Notes: generated by a model not told the origin, from the letters alone. A stretch of DNA of 64,000 bases from Isurus oxyrinchus (GCA_026770705.1 JANJGN010000150.1:496001-560000); one strand, 5' to 3'. Positions 23,590 to 36,789 are shown, numbered from the stretch's first letter. Program-made: numbers and translations.

Positions 23590-26370
23590 TAAATTTGGAA
23601 CAAAATGAATGAAGTTATAGCACAAATAGAGATTAATGGGTACGATAAGATGGACACTGCAGAGAGTTGGTTGCAAGGTAACCAAGGTTGGAAATTGAAA
23701 ATTGAAGGATATTTGGAATCTTTGAAAGGATAGGAAAAATGAAAAGGAGGTGGGGTCGCTCTGTTAATAAAAGATGAGACCTGTAAAGTAGTGAGAAATG
23801 ATTTTGGCTCAGATGTCAAGATGCACAGTCTTGGGTGAATATAAGGAATTGCAAGGGAAAGAATGTCTGATGGGTTGGTTTATACTCCCCCCTGACAGTG
23901 GTTACACTGCAGGGGTAGATTGTAAATCAATACATGAGGAGGTCTGTGAGAAAGGCACCACATTAATCATGGGAGTTTTCAATCGTCATATGGATTAGAC
24001 AAATCAGATTAGCAAATGTAGCTTTCAGCGAGGTTATACAGATTGTATTCAGGACAGTATTTTAGAACAATGCAACATGGAACCAACCAGGGAAGAGGCT
24101 GTTTTAGACCTGGCAATGTTTAATGAGACAAGACTAATTAACATCTCATTGTAAAGGACCCTCAAGGGAAGAATAATCATACGGTGTTGAAATTTAATAT
24201 TCAGTTTAGAAACTTGGTTCTGAAGCTAGTGTCATAAACTTAACTAAAGGCAATTACAAGGGTTAAAAGTAGAGTCGGCCCAAGTAGAGTGGGACAGCAG
24301 GTTAAAGGGGGGTGTGGTGTAGATGAGGAGTAACAGGCGTCTAAAGAGATGTTTCATAAATTCCAATGAAGATATTTTCCAGTAAGAAAGAAAGAATCTA
24401 TAAGAAGGATGGAGCATCGGCGGCTAACTCAGGAAGCTAAGGACGCTATCCAATTGTGAGATAAAGCCGGCAATGTTGGGATGCTTAGTGATAGGCTGGA
24501 GATTGGGAATATTTGAGAAACCAGAAAAGTGAGGGGAGAAATATAAGGAGGCAGAAATGATGATATGAGAGTAAACTAGCAAGAACCATAAACAATGACA
24601 GTGAGATGTTGTACATTAAAATAAGAGAGAAGCTCCAGTAATAATGGGACACAGAGAAAATCAGACTGGGGAATTAATAATGGGAAACAAGGAAATGACA
24701 GAGACTTTCAACAAGAATTTTGGGTCTGTCTGCACAGTAAAAATCTCTAAAACCATCCCAATAGCAGGAGAAAGTCACGGTGCAACAAGGAGGGAGGAAC
24801 ATAAAACAATCACTATCACCAGAGAAAAAGTATTAAGAAAACTAATGAGACAGATGCTGACAAGTCCCATGGAGCAGACGGCCTGAATGTGAGGGTCTGA
24901 AAGGAAATGGCTGCAGAGACGGTGGATGCATTGGATGTAATCTTCCAGAATTCCTTAGATTATGGGAAGGTCCCAGAGGATTGGAAAAACATAAATGAAA
25001 CATTTCTGTTCAATAAAGGGAGGAGGCAGAAAGCAAGAAACCACAGGTCAGTTAGTCTAATATCTGTCATTGGGAAAATACCAGAATTCATTATGAAGGA
25101 GGGAGCAGCAGGACATTTAGAAAACCATAATTCAATCAGACAGAGTCAACATGGGTCTGTGAAAGGGATATCATGTTTGAAAAAATAATTAGATTTTCTT
25201 GAGGATGTAACAAGTGGATTGGATAAAGTGGAACCTGTAGATGTGGTGTATTAGGGACTATGACACAGCCAAGGGTAAAGGCTGAGTTGTTCAAATCCCA
25301 GAGAGAAATTTGAAACAACTGTCATAACCCAATTTTGCTGTTTGTAATTTCGAGATGAAGACTTTGAATTCAGTAGGAATAAGACCACCGATGATTGTGG
25401 GTTTTTTATATAAAACTAAATAAACCATTTATTAATTTAACAACAAATTTAACACATACACATTGGCTACAAATAACTACTATAAAAACTTTTTAACAAA
25501 TCCCCCAATTAATCAACCTCACGTAAATCTCTACTAAGGCAACAATGAACCATTGACATAATATAGACACCAGGCAAAGCACATTTGACATTACGAATTC
25601 TGAATGAGGTTCCTTTGCAAGTTGGTTGGAGGCTACAGGCTGGTTCGGTCTGAAATGCTCCTGCCTCACACAAACTCCTTCCTTTATATAGCTAGCTTTC
25701 CCTTTGAATGTAAATTTTCCATTGTATCACTCGGTCTTCTGAACTCCAGCTCTTCGAACAATAAAACCCCCTTTCATAGCACCAATTTCATTAGTAAGTT
25801 CAAGATAAAACACATCTTTTGGCTCCTTCTAACTAGGTGCAAGATTTTACCCCCTGTCTGGAATGGTTTATTCAACAATTGCAAATGAACACTTTACTGT
25901 TCTCCTCACAATTCACCCAATTAACATCTCAAAAATACTAAACATCAAAGCACACAGACCAGCTGGCTTTAATCCAATTAAGACACACACAGACTCACAC
26001 CTATACATGGACCACCACTAGAATTCTATTTTAAATAATAATTTCCAAGCACATTTTACACACAAATATCTCTTCATGACATTGCATTTCCAAAAGGCTT
26101 TCGATAAGGTGCCACATCAAAGGATACTGCACAGGGTGAAATTGGATGGTGTTGGGGGGGATATATTAATACGGATAGAGGACTGGCTAACTGACAGGAA
26201 ACAGAAAGCCAGGATAAAAGGGTGATTTTCAGCTTGGTAAACTGTAACTAGTGGAGAGCCGCAGGGATCAGTGCTGAGGCCTCAACTATTCACTATCTAC
26301 ATTAGTGACTTAGATGAAGAGACTGACTGTACTGTAGGCAGATTTTCTGACTGCATGGTGAAGATAGGTA
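23590..26370 (+). mobile_element. Long decayed CR1 LINE ORF2 (endonuclease to RT)
   Basis: GGGVALLI, IMGVFN, KVPEDWK, SQHG, FQKAFDKVPH and PQGSVL motifs with stops and frameshifts. Confidence 0.85.
25256..26081. mobile_element. Solo LTR inserted in the CR1 RT motif VVYL^DFQKAF
   Basis: Ends TTCATGACA and splits a conserved motif; degenerate 4-bp TSD (tagg/ttgc). Confidence 0.7.
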
Positions 26371-26671
26371 GGAAATATATAAAACAAAAACAGAATTACC
26401 TGGAAAAACTCAGCAGGTCTGGCAGCATCAGCGGAGTAGAAAAGAGTTGAGGTTTCGAGTCCTCATGACCCTTCAACTGTGAGGAGGACACAAAGGGGCT
26501 GCAGAGGGAGAATAATAGTTTCAGTGAGGGGACAAAAAAATGAGTGGTTGGAATGTAAGGAATGAAAACGTCAGATTGTCCAGCTGATCCTACTTGTTCT
26601 GTTCTTATATTCTTATACAGACACAGGGTTTACTGACAGTGCACAGCAAAGTGCTGTTCTCTCACTTTGTT

Positions 26672-26688
26672 CCAACTTCCTCATTTTG
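26672..26688 (-). promoter_or_regulatory. PU.1/Spi-type ETS site (AAAATGAGGAAGTT); cores also at 28442, 30208, 31968 and 47277
   Basis: Close match to the AAAGAGGAAGT consensus just upstream of the putative first exon; degenerate in the 45.1-kb cassette. Confidence 0.45.
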
Positions 26689-26719
26689 TCTCACAGAGAC
26701 ACATCAACCCTTTCTAATT

Positions 26720-26814
26720 AAACACACAGAGGGAGCAGCACAGGAAGAGGTCATTCAGCCCAAGCAGAGCGTATGGGCAGTTCCTCCCCAGGCGAGCAGT
26801 CGGACAGGTCCTGG
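26720..26814 (+). other. Putative 5' non-coding exon (copies end at 26814, 28581, 30345, 32107, 45299, 47416); start position uncertain
   Basis: Strong donor TGG|gtaagt about 410 nt upstream of each signal-exon acceptor in all six cassettes. Confidence 0.55.
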
Positions 26815-27264
26815 GTAAGTAACGGAACGATTGGAATTCACTTCCACGACCAACACCGTCCTTTGTTGATGTTGTGACTTTATAAAGACAGATTCCAATG
26901 ATTGATGCCTTTGAAAGATTTCTACTGATTATTGAGATCTGGGTGTGAGGCTCAAGTCTGTTGTACAGAACATCTTTCTAGCTCAAGGGATGAGGGAAGT
27001 GGAGTGACATGAGATTTTGGATGCTCTGAGGTGGTGAAAGGTGCTATACAAATGCAGATCCTTCATTGTTTTTCTTCCTTAAAGCCTTGTAACTCTCTGC
27101 AGAACACCTATCATCCCACCGTGAATCAAATTAGTCAGTGAAGACATTGTCTAAAAGGAGTTCTGATCTTTCAAGAGCTGTCGGACAAGAGGTGAGGTCT
27201 CATTAACTCCTTTCTCTTTCAGATTTTGAGAGTGAGAAGTGAATGGAATATCTGGGAGTGGACA

Positions 27265-27304
27265 ATGATCGGGAAATCTTACTTCATCCTGTCACTTCTC
27301 CAAG
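27265..27304 (+). CDS. Unit B signal-peptide exon copy 1 (MIGKSYFILSLLQ)
   Basis: Exon begins 27223; donor CAAG|gtaat. Confidence 0.75.
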
Positions 27305-29031
27305 GTAATATCATCGTCAGCTTGGACAGATTTATGGTGAATAGTCTTTGTAAAAGATCATTCTTATTGAGCTGTGATTGGGAACCGATTCAGCAGTGAG
27401 ACAGTGTACAACCTCACACGAAGTCCCATTCACCCATCACCCCTGTGCTCACTGATATACACTGACTCCCTGTCTGACAGCAGAATTGGAGGAGAATAGA
27501 GATCTCAGAGGGTTGTAGGGGCTGGAGGAGGTTACAGGGTTAGGCAGGATTGTAGCAGCTAGAGCAGAATCTTAAACTTCAGGTGATGTCGGCTATTGGT
27601 CAGTGATAGATGGGGAGTGATGGGTTGAGCAGAAAATCAGGGAAAAAAACTGGGGGATGAAATCTATCCAGGTGCTAGGATTCTGATAGCAAAAACCAGA
27701 CATTTGAGTCTTTTGCTGATTTTAGACAGATTTTCCCATGAAGACAACACAGCAGCTCCTAGAATAGACAGGCTGTTCAGTGTCACACTTCCTGTCCATT
27801 CTCACCTTGCTAGATACTTCAATAAGGGAGCAAGATAACTGAAAGAGAGAAGGAAGGTAAAGCTGTCTGTGTGTAAAACTGTCAAATATTCTGAGTTATC
27901 ATGAGTGTCTCTGACCTGCTGCAGAGTTTAAATTTCACAGAATCTGAGCACTTTGGAGTTCAGAGAGAGACCATTGACTCACTGCCTGAAAGGGCGGTGG
28001 AAGCAGATTCAACAGGAACTTTCAGAAGGGGAACTGGATAAATACTTGAAGGGGACATTTTGCAGGGCTATGGAGGAGAGAGTAGAGGTGAGCGTGGGAC
28101 TAATTGGGCAGATCTTTCAAAGCCTCAACTATTCACAATCTACATTAGTGACTTGGATGAAGGGACTGACTGTACTGTCGGCAGATTTTCTGACTGTATG
28201 GTGAAGATAGGTAGCAAATATATAAGCTGTGCAGGAAAGCTGGTTGTGAGGAGGACACAAAGAGGCTGCAGAGGGAGATAAATAGTTTCAGTGAGTGGAT
28301 AAAAAAATGAGTGGTTGGCATAGAAGGAATGAAAATGTCAAGGTGTCCAGCTGATCCTACTTGTTCTGTTCTCATATTCTTATACAGACACAGGGTTTAC
28401 TGACAGTGCACAGCAAAGTGCGGTTCACTCACTTTGTTCCAACTTCCTCATTTTGTCTCACAGTGACACATCAGCTCTTTCTAATTAAATACACAGAGGG
28501 AGCAGCACAGGAAGAGGTCATTCAGCCCAAGCAGAGCGTGTGGGCAGTTCCTCCCCAGGCGAGCAGTCGGACAGGTCCTGGGTAAGTAACGGAACGATTG
28601 GAATTCACTTCCACCACCAACACCGTCCTTTGTTGATGTTGTGACTTAATAAAGACAGATTCCAATGATTGATGCCTTTGAAAGATTTCTACTGATTATT
28701 GAGATCTGGGTGTGGGGATCAAGTCTGTTGTACAGAACATCTTTCTAGCTCAAGGGATGTGGGAAGTGGAGTGACATGAGATTTTGGATGCTCTGAGGTG
28801 GTGAAAGGTGCTATACAAATGCAAATCCTTCATTGTTTTTCTTCCTTAAAGCCTTGTAACTCTCTGCAGAGCACCTATCATCCCACCGTGAATCAAATTA
28901 GTCAGTGAATACATTGTCTAAAAGGAGTTCTGATCTTTCGAGAGCTGTCGGACAAGAGGTAAGGTCTCATTAACTCCTTTCTCTTTCAGAGTTTGAGAGT
29001 GAGAAGTGAATGGAATATCTGGGAGTGGACA

Positions 29032-29071
29032 ATGATCGGGAAATCTTACTTCATCCTGTCACTTCTCCAAG
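29032..29071 (+). CDS. Unit B signal-peptide exon copy 2 (MIGKSYFILSLLQ)
   Basis: Exon begins 28990; donor intact. Confidence 0.75.
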
Positions 29072-30790
29072 GTAATATCATCGTCAGCTTGGACAGATTT
29101 ATGGTAAAGGGTCTTTGTAAAGATCAATCTTATTGATCTCTGATTGGGAACTAATTCAGCAGTGAGCCAGTGTACAAACTCATACCAAGTCCCATTCACC
29201 CATCACCCCTGTGCTCACTGATATACACTGACTCCCTGTCTGACAGCAGAATTGGAGGAGAGCAGAGATCTCAGAGCGTTGTAGGGGCTGGAGACGGTTA
29301 CACAATTAGGCAGGATTGTAGCAGCTAGAGCAGAATCTTAAACTTCAGGTGATGTCGAGTGTTGGTCAGTGAGAGATGGGGAGTGATGGGTTGAGCAGAA
29401 AATCAGGGAAAGAACCTGGGGGATGAAATCTATCCAGGTACTAGGACTCTGATAGCAAAAAACTGAAATTTGTGTCTTTTGCTGATTTTAACCAGAATTT
29501 CCCATGAAGACAACACAGCAGCTCCTAGAATAGACAGGCTGTTCAGTGTCACACTTCCTGTCCATTCTCACCTTGCTAGATACTTCAATAAGGGAGCAAG
29601 ATAACTGAAAGAGAGAAGGAAGGTAAAGCTGTCTGTGTGTAAAACTGTCAAATATTCTGAGTTATCATGAGTGTCTCTGACCTGCTGCAGAGTTTAAATT
29701 TCACAGAATCTGAGCACTTTGCAGCTCAGAGAGAGACCATTGACTCACTGCCTGAAAGGGCGGTGGAAGCAGATTCAACAGGAACTTTCAGAAGGGGAAC
29801 TGGATAAATACTTGAAGGGGACATTTTGCAGGGCTTTGGAGGAGAGAGTAGAGCTGAGCGTGGGAATAATTAGACAGATATTTCAAAGCCTCAACTATTC
29901 ACAATCTACATTAGTGACTTGGATGAAGGGACTGACTGTACTGTCGGCAGATTTTCTGATTGTATGGTGAAGATAGGTAGCAAATATATAAGCTGTGCTG
30001 GAAAGCTGGTTGTGAGGAGGACACAAAGAGGCTGCAGAGGAAGATAAATAGTTTCAGTGAGTGGATAAAAAAATGAGTGGTTGGCATAGAAGGAATGAAA
30101 ATATCAGGGTGTCCAGCTGATCCTACTTGTTCTGTTCTTATATTCTTATACAGACACAGGGTTTACTGACAGTGCACAGCAAAGTGCGGTTCACTCACTT
30201 TGTTCCAACTTCCTCTTTTAAACACACAGACACATCAACCCTTTCTGATTAAACACACAGAGGGAGCAGCACAGGAAGAGGTCATTCAGCCCAAGCAGAG
30301 CGTGTGGGCAGTTCCTCCCCAGGCGAGCAGTCGGACAGGTCCTGGGTAAGTAACGGAACGATTGGAATTCACTTCCACGACCAACACCGTCCTTTGTTGA
30401 TGTTGACTTTAAAAAGACAGATTCCAATGATTGATGCCTTTGAAAGATTTCTACTGTTTATTGAGATCTGGTGTGAGGCTCAAGTCTGTTGTACAGAACA
30501 TCTTTCTAGCTCAAGGGATGAGGGAAGTGGAGTGACGAGATTTTGGATGCCCTGAGGTGGTGAAAGGTGCTATACAAATGCAAATCCTTCATTGTTTTTC
30601 TTCCTTAAAGCCTTGTAACTCTCTGCAGAGCACCTATCATCCCACCGTGAATCAAATTAGTCAGTGAAGACATTGTCTAAAAGGAGTTCTGATCTTTCGA
30701 GAGCTGTCGGACAAGAGGTGAGGACTCATTAAATTCTTTCTCTTTCAGAGTTTGAGATTGAGAAGTGAATGGAATATCTGGGAGTGGACA

Positions 30791-30830
30791 ATGATCAGGA
30801 AATCTTACTTCATCCTGTCACTTCTCCAAG
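30791..30830 (+). CDS. Unit B signal-peptide exon copy 3 (MIRKSYFILSLLQ)
   Basis: Exon begins 30749; donor intact. Confidence 0.75.
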
Positions 30831-32557
30831 GTAATATCATCGTCAGCTTGGACAGATTTATGGTAAAGGGTCTTTGTAAAGATCATTCTTATTGAGCTGT
30901 GATTGGGAACTAATTCAGCAGTGAGCCAGTGTACAAACTCACACCAAGTCCCATTCACCCATCACCCCTGTGCTCACTGATATACACTGACTCCCTGTCT
31001 GACAGCAGAATTGGAGGAGAGCAGAGATCTCAGAGGGTTGTAGGGGCTGGAGACGGTTACACAATTAGGCAGGATTGTAGCAGCTAGAGCAGAATCTTAA
31101 ACTTCAGCTGATGTCGGCTGTTGGTCAGTGATAGATGGGGAGTGATGGGTTGAGCAGAAAATCAGGGAGAAAAACAGGGGGATGACAGCTATCCTGATGC
31201 TAGGACACGGATAACAATGCGCTGTAATTTTGTGTCTATTGCTGATTTTAGTCAGAATTTCCCATGAAGACAACACAGCAGCTCCTAGAATAGACAGGCT
31301 GTTCAGTGTCACACTTCCTGTCCATTCTCACCATGCCAGAAACTTTGATAAGGGAGCAAGATAACTGAAAGAGAGAAGGGAGGCAAAGCTGTCTGTGTGT
31401 AAAACTGTCAAATATTCTGAGTTATCATGAGTGTCTCTGACCTGCTGCAGAGTTTAAATTTCACAGAATCTGAGCACTTTGCAGCTCAGAGAGAGACCAT
31501 TGACTCACTGCCTGAAAGGGCGGTGGAAGCAGATTCAACAGGAACTTTCAGAAGGGGAACTGGATAAATACTTGAAGGGTAAATTTTGCAGGGCTTTGGA
31601 GGAGAGAGCAGAGCTGAGCGTGGGAATAATTAGACAGATATTTCAAAGCATCAACTATTCACAATCTACATTAGTGACTTGGATGAAGGGACTGACTGTG
31701 CTGTAGGCAGATTTTCTGACTGTATGGTGAAGATAGGTAGGAAATATATAAGCTGTGCAGGAAAGCAAGTTGTGAGGAGGACACAAAGAGGCTGCAGAGG
31801 CAGATAAGTAGTTTCAGTGAGTGGATAAAAAAATGTGTGGCTGGCATGTAAGGAATGAAAATGTCAGGGTGTCCAGCTGATCCTATTTGTTCTGTTCTTA
31901 TATTCTTATACAGACACAGGGTTTACTGACAGTGCACAGCAAAGTGCTGTTCTCTCACTTTGTTCCAACTTCCTCATTTTGTCTCACAGAGACACATTCA
32001 CCCTTTCTAATTAAATACACAGAGGGAGCAGCACAGGAAGAGGTCATTCAGCCCAAGCAGAGCGTGTGGGCAGTTCCTCCCCAGGCGAGCAGTCGGACAG
32101 GTCCTGGGTAAGTAACGGAACGATTGGAATTCACTTCCACCACCAACACCGTCCTTTGTTGATGTTGTGACTTTCTAAAGACAGATTCCAATGATTGATG
32201 CCTTTGAAAGATTTCTACTGATTATTGAGATCTGGGTGTGAGGCTCAAGTCTGTTGTACAGAACATCTTTCTAGCTCAAGGGATGAGGGAAGTGGAGTGA
32301 CATAAGGTTTTGGATGCTCTGAGGTGGTGAAAGGTGCTATAGAAATGCAAATCCTTCATAGTTTTTCTTCCTTAAAGCCTTGTAACTCTCTGCAGAGCAC
32401 CTATCATCCCACCGTGAATCAAATTAGTCTGTGAAGACATTGTCTAAAAGGAGTTCTGATCTTTCGAGAGCTGTCGGACAAGAGGTGAGGTCTCATTAAC
32501 TCCTTTCTCTTTCAGAGTTTGACAGTGAGAAGTGAATGGAATATCTGGGAGTGGACA

Positions 32558-32597
32558 ATGATCGGGAAATCTTACTTCCTCCTGTCACTTCTCCAAG
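32558..32597 (+). CDS. Unit B signal-peptide exon copy 4 (MIGKSYFLLSLLQ), closest to the V exon
   Basis: Exon begins 32516; donor intact. Confidence 0.82.
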
Positions 32598-33764
32598 GTA
32601 ATATCATCGTCAGCTTGGACAGATTTATGGTAAAGGGTCTTTGTAAAGATCATTCTTATTGAGCTGTGATTGGGATCCGATTCAGCAGTGAGCCAGTGTA
32701 CAAACTCATACCAAGTCCCATTCACCCATCACCCCTGTGCTCACTGATATACACTGACTCCCTGTCTGACAGCAGAATTGGAGAAGAATAGTGATCTCAG
32801 AGCGTTGTAGGGGCTGGAGACGGTTACACAATTAGGCAGGATTGTAGCAGCTAGAGCAGAATCTTAAACTTCAGGTGATGTCGGCTGTTGGTCAGTGATA
32901 GATGGGGAGTGATGGGTTGAGCAGAAAATCAGGGAAAGAACCTGGGGGATGAAATCTATCCTGGTGCTAGGATTCTGATAGCAATATCCTGAAATTTGTG
33001 TCTTTTGCTGATTTTGGTCAGAATTTCCCATGAAGACAACACAGCAGCTCCTAGAATAGACAGGCTGTTCAGTGTCACACTTCCTGTCCATTCACACCAT
33101 GCCAGAAACTTTGATAAGGGAGCAAGATAACTGAAAGAGAGAAGGGAGGCAAAGCTGTCTGTGTATTCTGAGTTATCCTGATTGATTCTGATCTGCTGCA
33201 GAGTTCAAATTTCACAGAATCTGAGCACTTTGCAGCTCAGAGAGAGACCATTGACTCACTGCCTGAAAGGGCGGTGGAAGCAGATTCAACAGGAACTTTC
33301 AGAAGGGGAACTGGATAAATACTTGAAGGGAAATTTGCAGGGATGTGTGAAAGGTGCTGGAGAGGAATTGGGAAAGAGCCAGCACATGCACGATGGGTCA
33401 AATGAACTCCTCCTGTGCTGTATCATTCAACAATCAGAGAATTTTAGATCCTTATCAGCAAATCTTCAGAATCCTGCTGAATCATGGATATTTCAGAAGG
33501 ACAGTTAACAAGAGGTTTCTGGTATCAGCGTTTCATATGGGACCCAGTTCAGTTTGAACAAATAAACAACACCATCTATGAAAGTCATGAACCCACCACA
33601 GTGGCACCTCCGACACATGCAGAGCTCAGGCTAGAGGCACTTTGTTAGTGTGTTTCACAGTGTCTGCTGGAGTAGGGTCAGTGCTGAGCTTGGGGACAAG
33701 TCAGTCTACAATGCTGCATCGGAATCAACAATACAACAATATGGGGTTTGGATCAGAAATAATC

Positions 33765-33988
33765 CCTTAGACAATGAGGATCCAAAGAGATTCCTTAGAC
33801 AATGAAGATCCAAAGAGATTCCTTAGACAATGAGGATCCAAAGAGATTCCTTAGACAATGAGGATCCAAAGAGATTCCTTAGACAATGAGGATCCAAAGA
33901 GATTCCTTAGACAATGAGGATCCAAAGAGATTCCTTAGACAATGAAGATCCAAAGAGATTCCTTAGACAATGAGCATCCAAAGAGATT
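33765..33988 (+). repeat. 28-bp tandem repeat x8 (ccttagacaatgaggatccaaagagatt); about 4.5 copies at 46570-46690
   Basis: Exact 28-nt period. Confidence 0.95.
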
Positions 33989-34599
33989 TCTTATTCCATT
34001 GGTTGTCTAATTGTGGTCCATAATTTTCCAAGGGGTCCTTGGCAGAATCAAATTATCGAGCACGAGAGAGAAAAACACCGGAGAGAACGGGAAAGGTGTG
34101 TTGGGTTCATGACTTTCAAAGATGGTGTTGTTTATTTGTTCAAACTGAACTGGGCCCCACACAAAACGCTGATACCAGAAACCTCTTGTTCCCTGTCCTT
34201 CTGAAATATCCGTGACTTCAGCAGGATTCTGAAGAGTTGCTGATGGAGGAACAGACACCCAATTTTTTTTTTGGTGAAGTTCAGTCAGGAACCAATAACG
34301 TTTTGTTTCAAGTAGACGTTGTTTGAGATTCAAGACACTTGCTAAGAGAATAAAGCGACAAGATTCCATTTTTGCACAGACACCCTGGGGTCTGCCTCGG
34401 CCCCCCCCAAAAATGACAAAAGCAGCAAATTGTGCTGCGAGCCCCCCGCGCACGTGTGAACCTCCCGAGGTCTGTGAGGACTCGGCGTTCCGGCTCTCTG
34501 CTCACGATGCACGAGGTCAGTCTGGATCTCAGGCCAAGGTGGGATGGAGGAACACAGGGAGAACGGATACAGATACATCATTCACCAAAAGTTACACCA

Positions 34600-35240
34600 C
34601 ACATTAACCAGGTCAGAAAAATAGCAGTCCAAACGCTAGACTTTATTCCGAAAGGGAGTGAATTGAAAAGCAGGGAAGTGATGGAAAACCTGTATTGAAC
34701 CTTGGTCAGTCTACATTGACCGTGCTGCCTGCAGTTCTGGTCACCGTGTTATAAAAAGGATATAGAGACACTGGAGAGGGCGCAGAGAAGATTGACAATG
34801 ATGATCCCAGAAATGTGGGGGTAAACATATGAGGACAGGACTGACGGGCTGGGTCTCTCTTCCCTAGAAGAGACAAGGCTGAGGGGATGACCTAATCCAG
34901 GTGTTTAAAACTGAGAAAGGTTTTGATGGAGTGGATACAGAGAGAGTGTTTCCTCTTGTTGGGAGAGGAGAGCAGAACTAGGGGCCCTCAATATGAGATC
35001 ATCACTGATAAACCCAATGGGGAATTCCGGAGAAACGTCTTTACCCAGAGAGTGGGGAGAATGTGGAACTCGCTCCCACAGGGAGTGGCTGGGGTGAATA
35101 GTATTGATGTATTTAAGACCGAACCTGGATTAACACATGAGGGAGAAAGGAACAAAGGGGTATGATGGTAGGTTTAGAGGAAAGTTTTTAGTTGACTGGG
35201 TAGACAGAGAATATTTCCCCTTGTGGGGAGGAGAATAACT
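34600..35240 (+). mobile_element. CR1 LINE 3' fragment
   Basis: KSREVMENLY and RRNVFTQRVGRMWNSLP motifs. Confidence 0.8.
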
Positions 35241-35710
35241 AGAGGCCGAGTGATTGGTGATTCCTTAAACATTGAAGAGAGAATGAACACCAATCAGATT
35301 GAATCAGATTAGCCAATCAGCTGTGTTGAAGAGCAGACAGGAATGTTAGGCTAATTAGTGATTCATGACGGTGATAATGGGGGGAGTTCTGAGGGCTCCT
35401 AATCCATTGTCCTGTCTTGTAAATCAGCACTGAATGGATCTCAGTTGGTGTGTCTTATAGACACTGTGTTGGGAGGAAGACTGGCTTCACTAAACAGGGT
35501 CCTGAGGATCATGAGCCAATGTAGAATGATCTTGTCCACTCCTGTGTCCAGGATTCTCTTCCATCCTTTGTGAAACCTTAGGGAGTTCGTTGTGTGTCCT
35601 GTAGATGGTCCACACTGCAGCCACTGTGCCCCAGTGATGGAGGGGGTGGATATCGAGTCTAGTGGATCTACAAAGTATCCAGGGTTAAATATTGAGATTT
35701 CTCTCCCCAG

Positions 35711-36079
35711 TTGGACTGTCACAAAAGTGGAAAGGTGACACACCACGAGAGGTGTCAGCGCAGGAAGGTTCGTGTGTACAGATTCCCTGTCATTACAGTT
35801 ATCCAGCAAAATTTGAAAACCAACCGCGAGGTGGAGTCTGGTTTAATAACGAGAAAGAGATTCCCTGGGCTCCCATTGCCTTTCACTCCAAGGATCACAG
35901 TCACGAGTTACCACGGTTCCACCATCGGACCCGGCTGTCTGGAGACCTGAAAGATGGCGACTGTTCCCTGATTATAAACAACATCAGACGGGAAGATGCA
36001 GGACCTTATTTTTTCAGAATAGAATTTGACAATGGTCCGAGCCATAACTATTACCCTGTAACCCAGCTTCACGTTTCTG
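35711..36079 (+). CDS. Siglec-like unit B, V-set Ig exon
   Basis: 369 nt, phase 1-1; GLSQKWKG...GSCVQIPC...GDCSL...YFFRIEFDNGPSHNYYP; essential Arg retained. Confidence 0.92.
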
Positions 36080-36479
36080 GTAAGTGCTGTGTTATAATTA
36101 CTCAACAATTCACATTCAGCACTCAATGGGAAATAACACAAACTGTGACGTTTACACATTAACACAAAACGCAGCTTATTATAACACACTGTCTGATTCT
36201 CAATAACCTGGTGATAGCTTCCAGTTCTGTCCTAAAGCAACCTCTAATACTCACTTTAATATCAATGATGAAATGCATTGATTGTGTCCATTAATGTTAT
36301 CAGGTTATCCACTCTCATCGATCTCTCTAATCCAGTTTAAAAGTCTCTCCTGATCATTGTAACCTTTCAGTTCTGATATCATCCTTGTAAAAGTGCTTTT
36401 TCTTGTGGGACTGTGATTTCTATTTGAACTGATGCTTCACGTTATATTTCTCTAAAAGGATCCATTCTCTGTCTGTTAG

Positions 36480-36776
36480 ATTTCACAGATAAACCCACGA
36501 TATTCCCTGCTGAAATTATTGCAGGAAAGCGTGTGGATGTAAGCTGCACCTTCAACACAACGTGCAATGGAACAGCAGCACCTGTCTTAACCTGGGACAC
36601 TCCCACTGACGTACCTGGATCAGTCTCAAACACTGTAACTCAGCATGGTGTCACTCTGACCTATACTTCTGTTCTGACCCTGACCCCATCACTCAAACAC
36701 CACGGACACACTCTAAGCTGCAGAGTGAGATATCTATCTGTTTCATCGGAGCGGACCCTCGTATTAACTGTGCAAG
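36480..36776 (+). CDS. Unit B C2-set exon 1
   Basis: 297 nt, near-identical to 11906-12202, splice sites intact. Confidence 0.92.
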
Positions 36777-36789
36777 GTAAGTATGGACA

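Larger units (their letters stand above)
26280..33340 (+). repeat. Tandem array of four ~1.77-kb units, each with a putative promoter, a non-coding exon and a signal-peptide exon
   Basis: Unit starts (c/a)ctcaactattcac at about 26280, 28123, 29889 and 31649; donors cctgg|gtaagt at 26814, 28581, 30345 and 32107. Confidence 0.93.

Noticed and set aside
33765-33988. 28-bp direct repeats as a possible CRISPR array
   Set aside because: No spacers, no cas genes, and vertebrate context; it is a simple tandem repeat.
7116-36079. Multiple leader and V exons as a rearranging Ig/TCR-like locus
   Set aside because: Each V exon ends in an ordinary gtaagt donor with no heptamer-nonamer RSS and includes its own G strand; the Cys/Arg pattern is Siglec-type.
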